DNA from: an uncultured Blastochloridaceae bacterium
GTDB taxonomy: Bacteria > Verrucomicrobiota > Verrucomicrobiia > Methylacidiphilales > JBCBYL01
NCBI GenBank assembly: GCA_964351865.1
Contig: CAYGPJ010000014.1
Coordinates: 35,556 to 99,555, forward strand
Direction of reading: 5' to 3'
DNA length: 64,000 nucleotides
In this document: piece after piece, positions 19,629 through 29,618 of the stretch
How positions within the stretch are numbered: position 1 is the stretch's first letter
Layout: every line of letters starts with the position of its first letter
Translations under genes and position numbers: made by a program
The notes under the pieces: generated by a model
Told to the model about the DNA's origin: nothing
The model's input: the letters and a program-made list of their open reading frames with translations, nothing else
Databases searched by the model: none

Positions 19629-19721
19629 GTGTGTATATTCACAGAGACACGGCGCAGGTCACGGAGTATTTTTTTCATATTCCATATCCCGAGCCAGTCT
19701 TCTCTGATAGAGTTTCGGCAC

Positions 19722-20864
19722 ATGAGTTCATTTGCAGAGTTAAACGTGCCGGATAACCTGATTGAGGCATTGGCGAGTCAGGGGATTACTGAACCAACCG
19801 ACATTCAAGTTAAGGCCTTTCCGGTCATTCATACCAATCAGGATGCCTGGTTAAGTTCTGCGACTGGTAGCGGTAAGACGTTTGCCTATCTGCTGCCGTT
19901 GCTGGGGAGGATCGACATCCAAAGCACGGATTTACAGTTAGTGATTCTGGCTCCGACACAGGAACTGGCGGTGCAGATTCATACCTGTGTCAAGTCACTC
20001 TACCCGGACAACACGCGAGCACCGCGCACGCAATTACTCATCGGCAGCGCATCGATTCAGCGCCAGAAAGAAAAACTTAAGAAAAAACCACATATCGTCG
20101 TCGGCTCGTGTGGTCGCATGCTGGAACTGGTGCGCGAGAAAAAGCTGAAACTGCATCATTGCCGACATGTGGTGATTGACGAGGCAGATAAGATGCTGGC
20201 GGTCGACAGCTTAACCGATCTGGAACACTTGCTGGATCTGATGGATAACGACCGGCAGTTGATCTTTGCCTCGGCGACAAAGAAAGGAAATGCCTTCGAG
20301 CAGGCTCAGCAGCTTGGGTTGGATGTGCAATGGCTGCGTGGGGAAGACGTTCGGGCAGATCCCCGGATCGAACACTATTTTATCGAATCACCGCATCATC
20401 ACAAAAGCGATGCGTTACGACGACTGCTGCACGCCGTGAAACCGGAGAAGGCGATCGTGTTTTTGCACCGGAATGAAACGGTGGAGCTGGTGCAGTTAAA
20501 ACTGGAGACCAAGGATCTGGACATGGTGATGATTCACGGGGCGAAGAATAAATTTGAGCGGGAAAAGGCTCTGCGACATTTTCGTCAGGGCAAGGCGAAG
20601 GTCTTGGTTTCGTCCGATGTCTCAGCCCGTGGATTAGATATTAAAGGAGTGACCCATATCATTAATCTGGATGCGCCATCCCACTCGGACGACTACCTGC
20701 ACCGCGTCGGACGCACCGGACGAATGGGTGCTACGGGCGTCGCGATCTCGATTTTAGCCCCGAATGAGCAAATGTTGGTGCAGCGCTACGAAAAAGATTT
20801 GAGGATAAAAATCCGGCCTGCACAACTAAAAGAAGGGCAATTCCTGGTAGCCGACGTCAAATGA
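19722..20864 (+). CDS. DEAD-box ATP-dependent RNA helicase
   Basis: Q-motif 'TDIQ', Walker A 'ATGSGKT', 'DEAD', 'SAT', 'HRVGRTGRMG'. Confidence 0.9.
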   Translation: MSSFAELNVPDNLIEALASQGITEPTDIQVKAFPVIHTNQDAWLSSATGSGKTFAYLLPLLGRIDIQSTDLQLVILAPTQELAVQIHTCVKSLYPDNTRAPRTQLLIGSASIQRQKEKLKKKPHIVVGSCGRMLELVREKKLKLHHCRHVVIDEADKMLAVDSLTDLEHLLDLMDNDRQLIFASATKKGNAFEQAQQLGLDVQWLRGEDVRADPRIEHYFIESPHHHKSDALRRLLHAVKPEKAIVFLHRNETVELVQLKLETKDLDMVMIHGAKNKFEREKALRHFRQGKAKVLVSSDVSARGLDIKGVTHIINLDAPSHSDDYLHRVGRTGRMGATGVAISILAPNEQMLVQRYEKDLRIKIRPAQLKEGQFLVADVK

Positions 20865-20969
20865 AAGCAAATGAAAGCTGGTCAATTTGAGAAAACCGTG
20901 AAGAGTATCAGTTGAACCGAATGTCACAGTGACAGACGGGGACTAACACCAAAATAAAGTATATATAAT

Positions 20970-21173
20970 ATGAGTACAGGAATAGTTAAGTGGTTCAATT
21001 CAGAAAAAGGCTACGGCTTTATCACCCCAGATGATGGAGGACAAGATCTCTTCGTTCATCACAGCGAAATTCAAGCGACAGGCTATGCATCGTTAGACGA
21101 TGGCCAAAAAGTCAGCTACGAAGTTGGCCAGGGACAAAAAGGGCCATGCGCTCAAAAAGTCGAAACCGTCTAA
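20970..21173 (+). CDS. cspA: Cold-shock protein CspA family
   Basis: '[15 protein letters not shown]' RNP1 and 'VFVHHS' RNP2 motifs, 67 aa. Confidence 0.95.
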   Translation: MSTGIVKWFNSEKGYGFITPDDGGQDLFVHHSEIQATGYASLDDGQKVSYEVGQGQKGPCAQKVETV

Positions 21174-21194
21174 ATTTTTTAATTACCTTTTAGA

Positions 21195-21235
21195 CCGCAG
21201 GGGGCATCGATCATTCGGTGCCCCCTGTTTTTTTT
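21195..21235 (+). terminator. Rho-independent terminator after cspA
   Basis: 'cagggggcatcgatcattcggtgccccctg' stem followed by T8. Confidence 0.8.
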
Positions 21236-21290
21236 GCCCGCATTTAGAGCATTTTCGAATGGTGTTCTAACACTGATTCAGGTGGCCCAC

Positions 21291-21612
21291 GATAGGGGAC
21301 GGAGTAATATTTTCCGTGCAAGTGGTATAGGTCCTATGAAAGCAGGGTGGCAGGAAAAAATTACTCCGTCCCCTATCGTTCAGCGATTTGCTGAATTAAT
21401 ACTGAATGTCGCAGATATGCGATTTTATCGGAGCCAGATCTTCAGAGAAAAGACTTTCGCGTATTTCGCGGTTAATTTATTTCTGGAAAAATGGCTCAGT
21501 TCTTTTAACGGGGATAAGAGGGCAGGACTTATAGCGTTTCCGAATTAAGTTCTCACACGGTGACCTGATTAAAATACATGTAGAGCAAGATTGCATCTCG
21601 CCCTACATGTTT
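21291..21612. repeat. Family D and family E repeat elements
   Basis: 18-bp perfect IR 'gataggggacggagtaat…attactccgtcccctatc' (21291-21377). 21536-21612 'agcgtttccgaattaagttctcacac…catgtagagcaagattgcatctcgccctacatg' matches 8627-8675 and rc of 8785-8815. The region 21360-21450 recurs inverted at 63850-63968. ORF 21234-21548 is spurious. Confidence 0.8.
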
Positions 21613-21681
21613 GAACATCATTCGAAAACGCTCTCAATCTTCAATGTATCACGTGATACATTGAAGATTGGCGCGGTGATA

Positions 21682-22371
21682 TTACTTGCGCTTTCCCTTG
21701 TTCATCCAGCCTAGATTGATGGTTGGTTGTTTCCTGGCTTTGGTTTGAGCCGTATGGCCCGTCTTGCCGGCCTGGCTGGAACCGGGGATGAGGGTATCGA
21801 TAAACTGCAGGATCTGATTTTTGCCGGCGGCTGTTTTCGCGGAGCACTGAAAAAACTTGGCCGGGTGAATCGATAGGGCTTCACACTCTTCCATGAACAG
21901 CGCGGTGTGATTCTGGACGGCCGATTTTGAACTGCGGTCCGTTTTGGTGAAGATCAGTGAGAAGGGTAAAGTCATTTCCTGCAGCCACTCGATGAAGGTG
22001 AGATCGCTATCCATCGGCGGGTGCTGGGAATCGATCAGAATGAAAATCTGTTTCAGATTTTCCCGTTCCAACAGGTATTCACTGATATTTTCATTGAACT
22101 CCTGTCGTTCGCGTTTGGAGACTTTGGCGTAGCCGTAGCCGGGCAAATCAACCAGCCGCCAGCGCTCGTTAATTGAGAAAAAATTAATCAACCGGGTTTT
22201 ACCGGGCTGACTGGAAGTGCGGGCCAGTCCCTCTTTGCCGGTTAACATGTTGATCAGCGAAGATTTGCCTACGTTAGAACGACCGAGAAAAGCGAACTCC
22301 GGCACGCTGGCTGGCGGGCAGCGTTCCAGATCAGGTGAACTGGTGAGCAGGGTGGCGGAGGAAATTTTCAT
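21682..22371 (-). CDS. engB: Ribosome biogenesis GTP-binding protein EngB/YsxC/YihA
   Basis: G1 'GRSNVGKSS', G3 'DLPGYG', G4 'TKTD'; basic C-terminal tail. Confidence 0.9.
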   Translation of the reverse strand: MKISSATLLTSSPDLERCPPASVPEFAFLGRSNVGKSSLINMLTGKEGLARTSSQPGKTRLINFFSINERWRLVDLPGYGYAKVSKRERQEFNENISEYLLERENLKQIFILIDSQHPPMDSDLTFIEWLQEMTLPFSLIFTKTDRSSKSAVQNHTALFMEECEALSIHPAKFFQCSAKTAAGKNQILQFIDTLIPGSSQAGKTGHTAQTKARKQPTINLGWMNKGKRK

Positions 22372-22387
22372 TAGTAATGGAAGGGGG

Positions 22388-23506
22388 CTATTTTAAGGGG
22401 CGAAACTGGATACTGAGTTCTTTTTCCAGTCGGGTGATCTTGGGTTTTTCTTCAGGTTCGATCAGTGTGATGGAGGTGCCTGTTTTGCCGGCCCGTGCGG
22501 TGCGACCACTGCGGTGGGTGTAGTATTGGAAATCTTCCGGGGGTTGATGCTGGATCACAAAGGACAGCCCTTCAATGTCGATGCCGCGAGCGGCGACATC
22601 AGTCGCGATCAGAAACTGAACCCGCTCTTTCTTGAAAGCGCGCATTACCTTGTCGCGATCCTGCTGGCTGAGTTCGCCTTGAATGACCCCGACCGCCAGT
22701 CCTTTCTTGGTCAGTTCTTCCCCCAGTCGCACCGATCCGGCGCGGGTGCGGCAGAAGATCAGGCCACGTCGATCGCCTTGTGCTTTGAGATACTCGGCGA
22801 TGTATTCATCTTTTTCGGAGCGGTCAATGATGACGTAGCGGTGGTCGATGTTTTCGTTGACCACATTTGACCAGGCGACTTTGATGCGGTGAGCATCCGG
22901 CGCCATGTTCTTACTGATGAGGGCTTGAATGTGTTTCTGGAAGGTGGCTGAGAATAACCAGGTGGCGCGGCGGCGTTTGGTGAGGCGGAAGACTTCACTG
23001 ATTTCTTCTTTGAAGCCGATGGTCATTATTTCATCTGCTTCATCCAGCACCAAATACTTCACCGCATCCAGTGCGACTGCGTTTGCTTTCAGTAAATCCA
23101 TCAGTCGACCGGGCGTGGCCACCAGAATGTGGGTTGGGCGTTGCAGTCGCTGGATCTGGACGTCGAGTTTGTCGCCACCGGCGGCCACTTCGATGAATAT
23201 TTTATCTTCGCAGTATTTGGTGTAACGGAACAAATGCTTGCCGATCTGTTTGGCCAGTTCGCGCGTAGGCGAGATGATCAGTCCCTGGATATGCGGCAGA
23301 TCCGGGTCGACGCGGGTCAGTAGCGGTAGTCCGAAGGCCGCAGTCTTGCCAGTGCCGGTCTGGGCCTGAGCGATCAAGTCGGCGCCCTGCTTAATCAGAA
23401 AAGGAATGGCTTGCTCTTGAATAGGAGTCGGTTCGAGAATTCCGAGTTCCCGAATTCCTTTAATAAGGTCGTCTGGAACCCCGAGTGATTTGAATGAATC
23501 TGACAT
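22388..23506 (-). CDS. DEAD-box ATP-dependent RNA helicase
   Basis: 'TPIQ', 'AQTGTGKT', 'DEAD', 'SAT', 'HRSGRTARAG'. Confidence 0.9.
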   Translation of the reverse strand: MSDSFKSLGVPDDLIKGIRELGILEPTPIQEQAIPFLIKQGADLIAQAQTGTGKTAAFGLPLLTRVDPDLPHIQGLIISPTRELAKQIGKHLFRYTKYCEDKIFIEVAAGGDKLDVQIQRLQRPTHILVATPGRLMDLLKANAVALDAVKYLVLDEADEIMTIGFKEEISEVFRLTKRRRATWLFSATFQKHIQALISKNMAPDAHRIKVAWSNVVNENIDHRYVIIDRSEKDEYIAEYLKAQGDRRGLIFCRTRAGSVRLGEELTKKGLAVGVIQGELSQQDRDKVMRAFKKERVQFLIATDVAARGIDIEGLSFVIQHQPPEDFQYYTHRSGRTARAGKTGTSITLIEPEEKPKITRLEKELSIQFRPLK

Positions 23507-23642
23507 ATGAGAAAACGGTAGCACAGGGGAGGGGCAGAGAGCGACAAGAAGAATGGATTAAGCATAAAAGATAAACAGAGATTCTGCTCACATTTCTGAA
23601 ATAGATCTGGCAGTGTTGGTAGATCAACAAGCGGATGGCATC

Positions 23643-25382
23643 ATGAAAAATTTCCGGAAGCAACCCGTATTCTATCCACAGTCGTTAAGGCTGCTGCGGG
23701 ACAAAGAAGCGAAAAAGGAGTTTTCATGGTCTGGAGAAATCAGTGCAGGCCTGACGGTCGGAATGATCGCACTGCCGCTGGCGCTGGCGTTGGGTATAGC
23801 CAGTATACCGCAAGGGGTCGAGACGCCGCTGCCGGCACCGGCGCTGGGCATATTGACCGCGATCGTCGCGGGACTGATCATTGCCGTGTTGGGAGGAAGT
23901 CGGGTGCAGATCGGCGGGCCGACGGCGGCGTTTATCCCGATCATCCTGCTCATTGTTTCGGAGCACGGTTACTCCGGCATGCTACTGGCTACCATGATGG
24001 CAGGAGGCATTCTTATTGTGATGGGGCTGGCTCGTATGGGGGCGTTGATCCGGTATATTCCGTGGCCGGTGACCAGCGGATTCACCTCAGGGATTGCCGT
24101 AGCCATCATGCTGACGCAAGTCAGGGATTTTGCGGGACTGACCACCGGAGCAGGAATGCCGCGGGAATTTACCGCCAAAGTGGGGTGGATCATTGATAAC
24201 CTGCATTCGTTTAACGGCTTTGCGATTGGCTTGGCTGTAGCCTGCGTGGCGGTCATCTGGTGGTGGCCCAAGTTGAAGATAAAATATCTTCCGGGTCCCG
24301 TGGTGGCCTTGCTCATGGCAACCCTCTTCACGCTGGTGATGGGTTGGAGCTCCGGACATGGTGTGGAAACGATCGGAACCCGCTTCGGTGCAAACGCCAT
24401 TCCGGATTCGCTGCCGTGGCCCTCCATGCCGGTATGGAGCTGGAGTATGGTGCGGGAACTGATCGGTCCCGCTACCGCCATTGCTTTGCTGGGTGCCATT
24501 GAATCGCTTCTTTCCGACGTGGTAGCGGATGGACTGAGCGGAAACCGTCACGACAGCAATACCGAACTGATTGCACAGGGTATCGCTAATTTGGTCTGTC
24601 CTTTTTTCGGGGGCTTGCCAGCTACCGGGGCGATCGCGAGAACGTCTGCAAATATCAGTAACGGGGGCAAAACCCCGCTGGCGGGAATCATTCATGCGAT
24701 GACCCTGCTGGGGGTTGTGCTGCTGGCGGCGCGCTGGGCGGTGTATATTCCCATGGCGACCATGTCAGCTATTTTGGTGGTAGTCGCGCTACGTATGGGG
24801 GAGTGGCATGAACTGGTCAGGCTGCATAAAATGCCAAGAAGTGACGCGCTCGTGCTGGTCACCACATTTGGGCTGACGGTGGTCTTTGATTTGGTCATTG
24901 CCGTGGAGGTAGGGATGGTGCTGGCCGCGATTCTATTTATAAAGCGGGTTTCGGAGACGACAGAAATCAGTCAAGTGACTGAGGATGACATGCTGGAACG
25001 ACCTGAACATATCGCGCTGGGGAAAAAAATTCCGGACGGGGTGATTGTGTACCGAATTTTCGGACCGTTTCTTTTTGGTGCGGCTGAGATGCTGGAGGAT
25101 GCCCTGCTGCAGCATGGGGCTTTTCCGCGAGTCATTATTCTACGCTTGAATTTGGTCTCGGCGATGGATATCACCGCCCTCAATGCGCTGGAAAGTGTGG
25201 TGGAAAGGGCAGGAAAACACCAGGCACAGGTGATCATCAGCGGCATCCACCGCCAACCACTCGCCATGCTGCTCAAAGCTGATTTCGTTCAAGTGATCGG
25301 CAGAGAAAACTTTTGTGCCACCTATGAAGCCGCGCTGGTGAGAGCGGATCAGATATTAAAAAATCAGGGACAACTTTTGTAG
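23643..25382 (+). CDS. SulP-family anion transporter with C-terminal STAS domain
   Basis: Multiple TM helices, SulP signature region, C-terminal STAS-like 'VIILRLNLVSAMDITALNALESV'. Confidence 0.9.
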   Translation: MKNFRKQPVFYPQSLRLLRDKEAKKEFSWSGEISAGLTVGMIALPLALALGIASIPQGVETPLPAPALGILTAIVAGLIIAVLGGSRVQIGGPTAAFIPIILLIVSEHGYSGMLLATMMAGGILIVMGLARMGALIRYIPWPVTSGFTSGIAVAIMLTQVRDFAGLTTGAGMPREFTAKVGWIIDNLHSFNGFAIGLAVACVAVIWWWPKLKIKYLPGPVVALLMATLFTLVMGWSSGHGVETIGTRFGANAIPDSLPWPSMPVWSWSMVRELIGPATAIALLGAIESLLSDVVADGLSGNRHDSNTELIAQGIANLVCPFFGGLPATGAIARTSANISNGGKTPLAGIIHAMTLLGVVLLAARWAVYIPMATMSAILVVVALRMGEWHELVRLHKMPRSDALVLVTTFGLTVVFDLVIAVEVGMVLAAILFIKRVSETTEISQVTEDDMLERPEHIALGKKIPDGVIVYRIFGPFLFGAAEMLEDALLQHGAFPRVIILRLNLVSAMDITALNALESVVERAGKHQAQVIISGIHRQPLAMLLKADFVQVIGRENFCATYEAALVRADQILKNQGQLL

Positions 25383-25595
25383 GGGTTGTAGGTGTCCGGT
25401 AAGGTTAAAAAAGCAGATGAAGCACTGCGGCAAGAAATCATTACTATGATGAATGCGAAAAAATACCGAATATGTGAGAACTTTAAATAGCTTACTATCG
25501 CTAAATGTGTCATGAATGAATGTAGACCTGCATAGGGTGAATTCCATGTTTATTGGAATAGATTGAATTAAGTCTATGATACTGTTGGCTCCGAT

Positions 25596-25886
25596 ATGAA
25601 ATACAAATTAAACCACATTGACTCAAAAACTCTGGCACCTCTTCTTGCCAGACTCTACTTCATTGCAGGAGCTATTGCTGCCGCCTTCATGCTTGTAGCC
25701 GCCATGTTCGGAGGTAGTAATGCTGACGCATTCGTCTTTACTATTATTATTTTTCTTATCGGATATCCCATTATTGGCTACATCACAGGATTAATCTTCT
25801 GCGCAGCCTATAACTTTTTTTGTAAGGATGGCTCAGGCCTAGTGTTTGACCTTGAAAGAATTGAGCCTGACGACACGAACAGCTAA
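25596..25886 (+). CDS. Hypothetical small membrane protein (AT-rich islet)
   Basis: 96 aa, 2 TM helices; local GC visibly lower than surroundings. Confidence 0.35.
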   Translation: MKYKLNHIDSKTLAPLLARLYFIAGAIAAAFMLVAAMFGGSNADAFVFTIIIFLIGYPIIGYITGLIFCAAYNFFCKDGSGLVFDLERIEPDDTNS

Positions 25887-25970
25887 CAAATCAGTTCTAT
25901 CAACTCACTTCCTGCGGTGCTTCGCTCTGGACGCTCCTTTCCCTCCGTGCCAAACTTTAAAATTTGAAAA

Positions 25971-26255
25971 ATGATGAAACCATTCACTCTATTATTACTA
26001 GGCAGCGTGCTTTTGCTCACGTCGTGTGGCGATGCACAGATCAGGAAAATTATCTTCACATCGCCTGACGGTATCAAAAGGCAATTTGCTTTGGATGACG
26101 GCGACGGCAAGATCACATCGGGGGGGGAAGGCAAAGACACTCACCGTGAGTGTCAGTCGCTCACTTTTTCTGTCCTGGAATCCTCGTATAAAGTGAAAGT
26201 GGATGATACGGTCTATTATTTTCCCTTAGATCACATGGTGGAAATTCCAAAATAA
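25971..26255 (+). CDS. Hypothetical lipoprotein (AT-rich islet)
   Basis: 'LLLTSCGD' lipobox; 94 aa. Confidence 0.4.
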   Translation: MMKPFTLLLLGSVLLLTSCGDAQIRKIIFTSPDGIKRQFALDDGDGKITSGGEGKDTHRECQSLTFSVLESSYKVKVDDTVYYFPLDHMVEIPK

Positions 26256-26265
26256 ACTGAACCAG

Positions 26266-26620
26266 ATGAGTAGTTCATTCGGGCTGTAGAGAGGGGTAGG
26301 GTTCCTCGGTCGCGGTATCCCCAAGCGCCGATCCCGACACCATGTGTGAGCGGAGGTCGAATCGGCGCCTTGGGACCCGTCGCCGCTAAGGCTATGCCGA
26401 GGCAAGCAAGACGCCCTACCTAGGCGTTTCGCAATTTATTTGCCGCACGGTTTGGTAATGCGTCGGTAAGAAATCCTACGGATATTCTCACCCTACACGG
26501 GGAAAATGTAGGACGAGAATGTCCGGCTGTTGCCGGACTTCTTGTCAAACGCCTTGATCATTGCGGCAGATTAATTAGATACCGCTCTAATCGTCAAAGT
26601 ATGTGCAATGGACTACTAGA
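26266..26620. repeat. Family A mosaic repeat element
   Basis: Termini 'gagtagttcattc' / 'gcaatggactactag'; inner 'gggtagggttcc…ggcgccttgggacccg…caagacgccctacc' hairpins. Confidence 0.8.
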
Positions 26621-26677
26621 AGTCGTTTCCTGATGGCTTTGCGTTGAACTGTGGCAATCAAGCGATAGTTTAATGGC

Positions 26678-27742
26678 ATGCTGGTTCGCCTGATCCTAGA
26701 TAATTTCCGCTGCCATCCGCAGTTGGATCTGCGTGATCTGGGTCAGTGCAATGTGCTGACCGGTGCCAATGGGCGGGGCAAGACTTCATTGCTGGAGGCG
26801 GTTTTTCTGATTTCGCGCTGTCGTTCCTTCCGCACTCACCGCACCAAAGAATGTGCCGGTTGGGGTCGCAGTTCATTTGGAGTGGCCGGACGCATGGCAC
26901 AGGAAGTGAACGGCGCGGTACGGCTCAAATATGAATGGACGCGTGCCGGACGGCAGCTCAGCACGGATCAGGAATCCAACCTGAAACTCAAAGCGTTTTG
27001 GGGGTTGCTGCAGGCGGTGGCGATTACGAATCAGGACCGTCAACTGGTTACCGAAAGTGGACGCTATCGGCGCAACTGGATTGATAGTCTGATCGCAGCC
27101 ACTGATCACGAGTATCTGGAGCTTTCCCAGAAAGCATTGCTGTTGCAGCGACAGAAGAGTGCCCTGTTGAAAAGTGAAAAGACGGATCGCACGCTCTGGA
27201 AGATTTTGACGGATCAGATGCGCCCGATTTGCTCGCAAATGGTGGCGGCACGCGACGTCATGACGGAGCGAATGGCGCCAGAGATCGAAGCTCACTACCG
27301 CGAACTGACCGGGCAACAGGAGCAAGTGGGCTTTGCCTGCAACGGGGAGACGGCGAAACGCTTGAGTCGCGACGAAGCAGAACTTTGGCAAGCCGAGCAG
27401 AAGAGTCGGAATTGTGAACTGGGGCCGCATCGGGATGATTGGGATCTGACCTTGCAGAATAAACCGTTGCGGCATTTTGGTTCGGAAGGCCAGCAGAAAT
27501 CAGCGGCATTGGCCATGCGGCTGGCGGAGTTGAAACTGGATACCACCACCAATCCTGGTCGCACGGTGGTGCTGATCGATGATGCGCTGATTGAACTGGA
27601 TGCCGGACGCCGTGAGCGCTTCTGGCAACAGGTGCCGGCCGGGGTGCAGATTCTCTACGCCACGACGGACGCCAGTCGCGATAAAGTCTTTCGGGAATTC
27701 GACCGAGTGTTACAAGTCGAGCCCGGCGAGGTTCGATTGTAG
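26678..27742 (+). CDS. recF: DNA replication and repair protein RecF
   Basis: Walker A 'GANGRGKTSLLEA', signature 'GPHRDD', ABC-like 'SEGQQK', Walker B 'LIDD'. Confidence 0.9.
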   Translation: MLVRLILDNFRCHPQLDLRDLGQCNVLTGANGRGKTSLLEAVFLISRCRSFRTHRTKECAGWGRSSFGVAGRMAQEVNGAVRLKYEWTRAGRQLSTDQESNLKLKAFWGLLQAVAITNQDRQLVTESGRYRRNWIDSLIAATDHEYLELSQKALLLQRQKSALLKSEKTDRTLWKILTDQMRPICSQMVAARDVMTERMAPEIEAHYRELTGQQEQVGFACNGETAKRLSRDEAELWQAEQKSRNCELGPHRDDWDLTLQNKPLRHFGSEGQQKSAALAMRLAELKLDTTTNPGRTVVLIDDALIELDAGRRERFWQQVPAGVQILYATTDASRDKVFREFDRVLQVEPGEVRL

Positions 27743-27763
27743 CAGCGGCTGCCTTCAGCGATT

Positions 27764-27995
27764 ACTAGTAGTTCATTGGATGTGTAGTGAGGGGTAGGGC
27801 GTGTTGTCCCCAACGCGCCGAGGCGTAGCTTGGTGAACCCGGCACCTTGGGACAAGACGCCCTACCTTAATCCTCAAAGGTTTTGTAATGCACTAATAGT
27901 AGACCGTGCAAGACGATATGACGGGAATTGCAGGCCGAGATTGGATCTTGTCGCATTCACCAATCGCTTTCACAACCGGCAAGATACAATCTTAC
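27764..27995. repeat. Family A element (27764-27903) followed by family B element (27896-27995; second copy 40839-40885)
   Basis: 'actagtagttcattgg…gggtagggcgtgttgtcccc…ccttgggacaagacgccctacc…aatgcactaatagtag'; then 'tagtagaccgtgcaagacgatatgacgggaattgcaggccgaga', shared with 40839-40882. Confidence 0.8.
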
Positions 27996-28020
27996 CCTAC
28001 AGTCGGAAAAACTGATGGAA

Positions 28021-29574
28021 CTACCGCTTGCCATCGGTGATACCCGGCCAGTCATCGGTGCGGAAAGGTGAGGCGGGTAGGCCGGCGGAATTGATTAAGT
28101 TCACCTCAGGGTTGGTGGACCATCCGTAGCGCACGGCAACGGGAGCCCCAATTTTTGGATGGGAGACCACCACCGTATTGCCTTCGATCACGGCATCGGC
28201 CCAGACGAATTGCCGATCTTCGCCTGCGATGGCAAAGCCAACGGGGGCATTGCCATCACTGGTGGCCAGTCCGTCAGCGGTGTGGTCGAACTGAATCACG
28301 ATTTGGCTGCCTTCTGTTTTCGAGCCTTGATACAGCGGGCCGGAGTAGGTGATGGGTTGTTGGAACCAGCGACCGATCAGCGGTAAGGTGCCGAGTGATC
28401 CTGTGGGTTCCGTGATTTGGTAGTCCTGCGCCAGCGCCCATAGGGCGAGTCGTTTGCCGACGTCCTGTTTATTCTTGGGATGAATGTCCTTGGCTTCACC
28501 GATATCGATCGCGACGGCCATGCCGGTGTTCGGCAGTTTCAGCGTTTGGAATTGCGCATCCCGCAGCTCGGCCCAAGCATCATCGACTGGTTGCTGGTTA
28601 CGTTCTTTAAAGTTAGCCAGTTGCACGAAATAAAAGGGAAAGTCGCCCTGATTCCAGACAGCTCTCCAATTTTCGATCATGGCAGGGAAAAGCGTTTCAT
28701 ACTGTTCGGCTCTGCCGGCATTGCTTTCTCCCTGATACCAGATGGCACCGCGAATGGGGACCTGGATCAGCGGTGAGATCATGGCGTTGTAAAGCATGCC
28801 GGCAATATTCTGGGGACGATGAGCCTTTTTTTCCTGTGCAGTCATGGGGACCGGAGGATCCATCGCAGCTCGGTTGGCTTGCTGTTTTAAAAATGTTTCA
28901 CGCCTTTCCAGCATCGGGGCAAAGTCGGGGTTTGACCGAAGGGTTTCGAGTGAGGTCCACGCCTCTGCCGGGGTGCCGCCCCAGTTAGTGGAAATGAGGC
29001 CGATAGGGACACCGGTGGTGCCATGGACTTCGCGGCCGAAGAAATAACCGACGGCAGAGAAACCGGCAATCGTTTCAGGAGAGCAGGGTGTCCAACTGGC
29101 ATCAAAGGTATCGATCGGCTCGGCGCTGGTTTTTCTAGGAAGCGTGAGCAGTCGAATGTCCGGAAAGGTGGCAGCCGCAATTTCTGCTGCGGAGCTAAGA
29201 GAATTTTTTACCGACCACTGCATATTGGACTGGCCGGAGCAGATCCAGATGTCGCCCATGATGATGTTCTGCATGGCGATGTTTTCATTACAGGAACTGA
29301 CTTGCAGGGTGTACTTGCCCCCAGCGGGTAGAGCCGGAAAATTGACCTGCCACTTGCCGGAGGCATCAGCCGTGGTGCTGGCCGATTGTCCCGCAAACCT
29401 GACCGTGATGGAGGCATCAGGGGAATGCGTGCCCCAAACGGGGATGTCACGATCGCGCTGCAGCACCATGTGACTGCTGAATGGAGCGGCGACCTCCAGC
29501 GCGGCGACGGAAGTGGATAAAGAAGCGAATAAGGAAGTGACTAAACAAGTAAGGAGAACGAACAGTCGTGTCAT
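28021..29574 (-). CDS. Sialate O-acetylesterase-family (SASA/DUF303) carbohydrate esterase, secreted
   Basis: 'ICSGQSNMQ' and 'GAIWYQGESN' SGNH-type motifs; signal peptide. Confidence 0.8.
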   Translation of the reverse strand: MTRLFVLLTCLVTSLFASLSTSVAALEVAAPFSSHMVLQRDRDIPVWGTHSPDASITVRFAGQSASTTADASGKWQVNFPALPAGGKYTLQVSSCNENIAMQNIIMGDIWICSGQSNMQWSVKNSLSSAAEIAAATFPDIRLLTLPRKTSAEPIDTFDASWTPCSPETIAGFSAVGYFFGREVHGTTGVPIGLISTNWGGTPAEAWTSLETLRSNPDFAPMLERRETFLKQQANRAAMDPPVPMTAQEKKAHRPQNIAGMLYNAMISPLIQVPIRGAIWYQGESNAGRAEQYETLFPAMIENWRAVWNQGDFPFYFVQLANFKERNQQPVDDAWAELRDAQFQTLKLPNTGMAVAIDIGEAKDIHPKNKQDVGKRLALWALAQDYQITEPTGSLGTLPLIGRWFQQPITYSGPLYQGSKTEGSQIVIQFDHTADGLATSDGNAPVGFAIAGEDRQFVWADAVIEGNTVVVSHPKIGAPVAVRYGWSTNPEVNLINSAGLPASPFRTDDWPGITDGKR

Positions 29575-29618
29575 GTCGCCAGCTTATGGGCAATCGATGC
29601 TAATACGAGTAAAAGTCG

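Noticed and set aside
21234-21548. 104-aa ORF between cspA and engB
   Set aside because: It lies entirely within family D/E inverted-repeat elements that recur elsewhere in both orientations, and it has no coding-like features.
23672-24898. Several 60-200-aa ORFs on both strands inside the SulP gene
   Set aside because: They overlap the SulP transporter, whose identity is well supported by TM and STAS motifs. The high GC produces long spurious frames.
26873-27475. 200-aa ORF antisense to recF
   Set aside because: It overlaps recF completely on the opposite strand and has no motifs.
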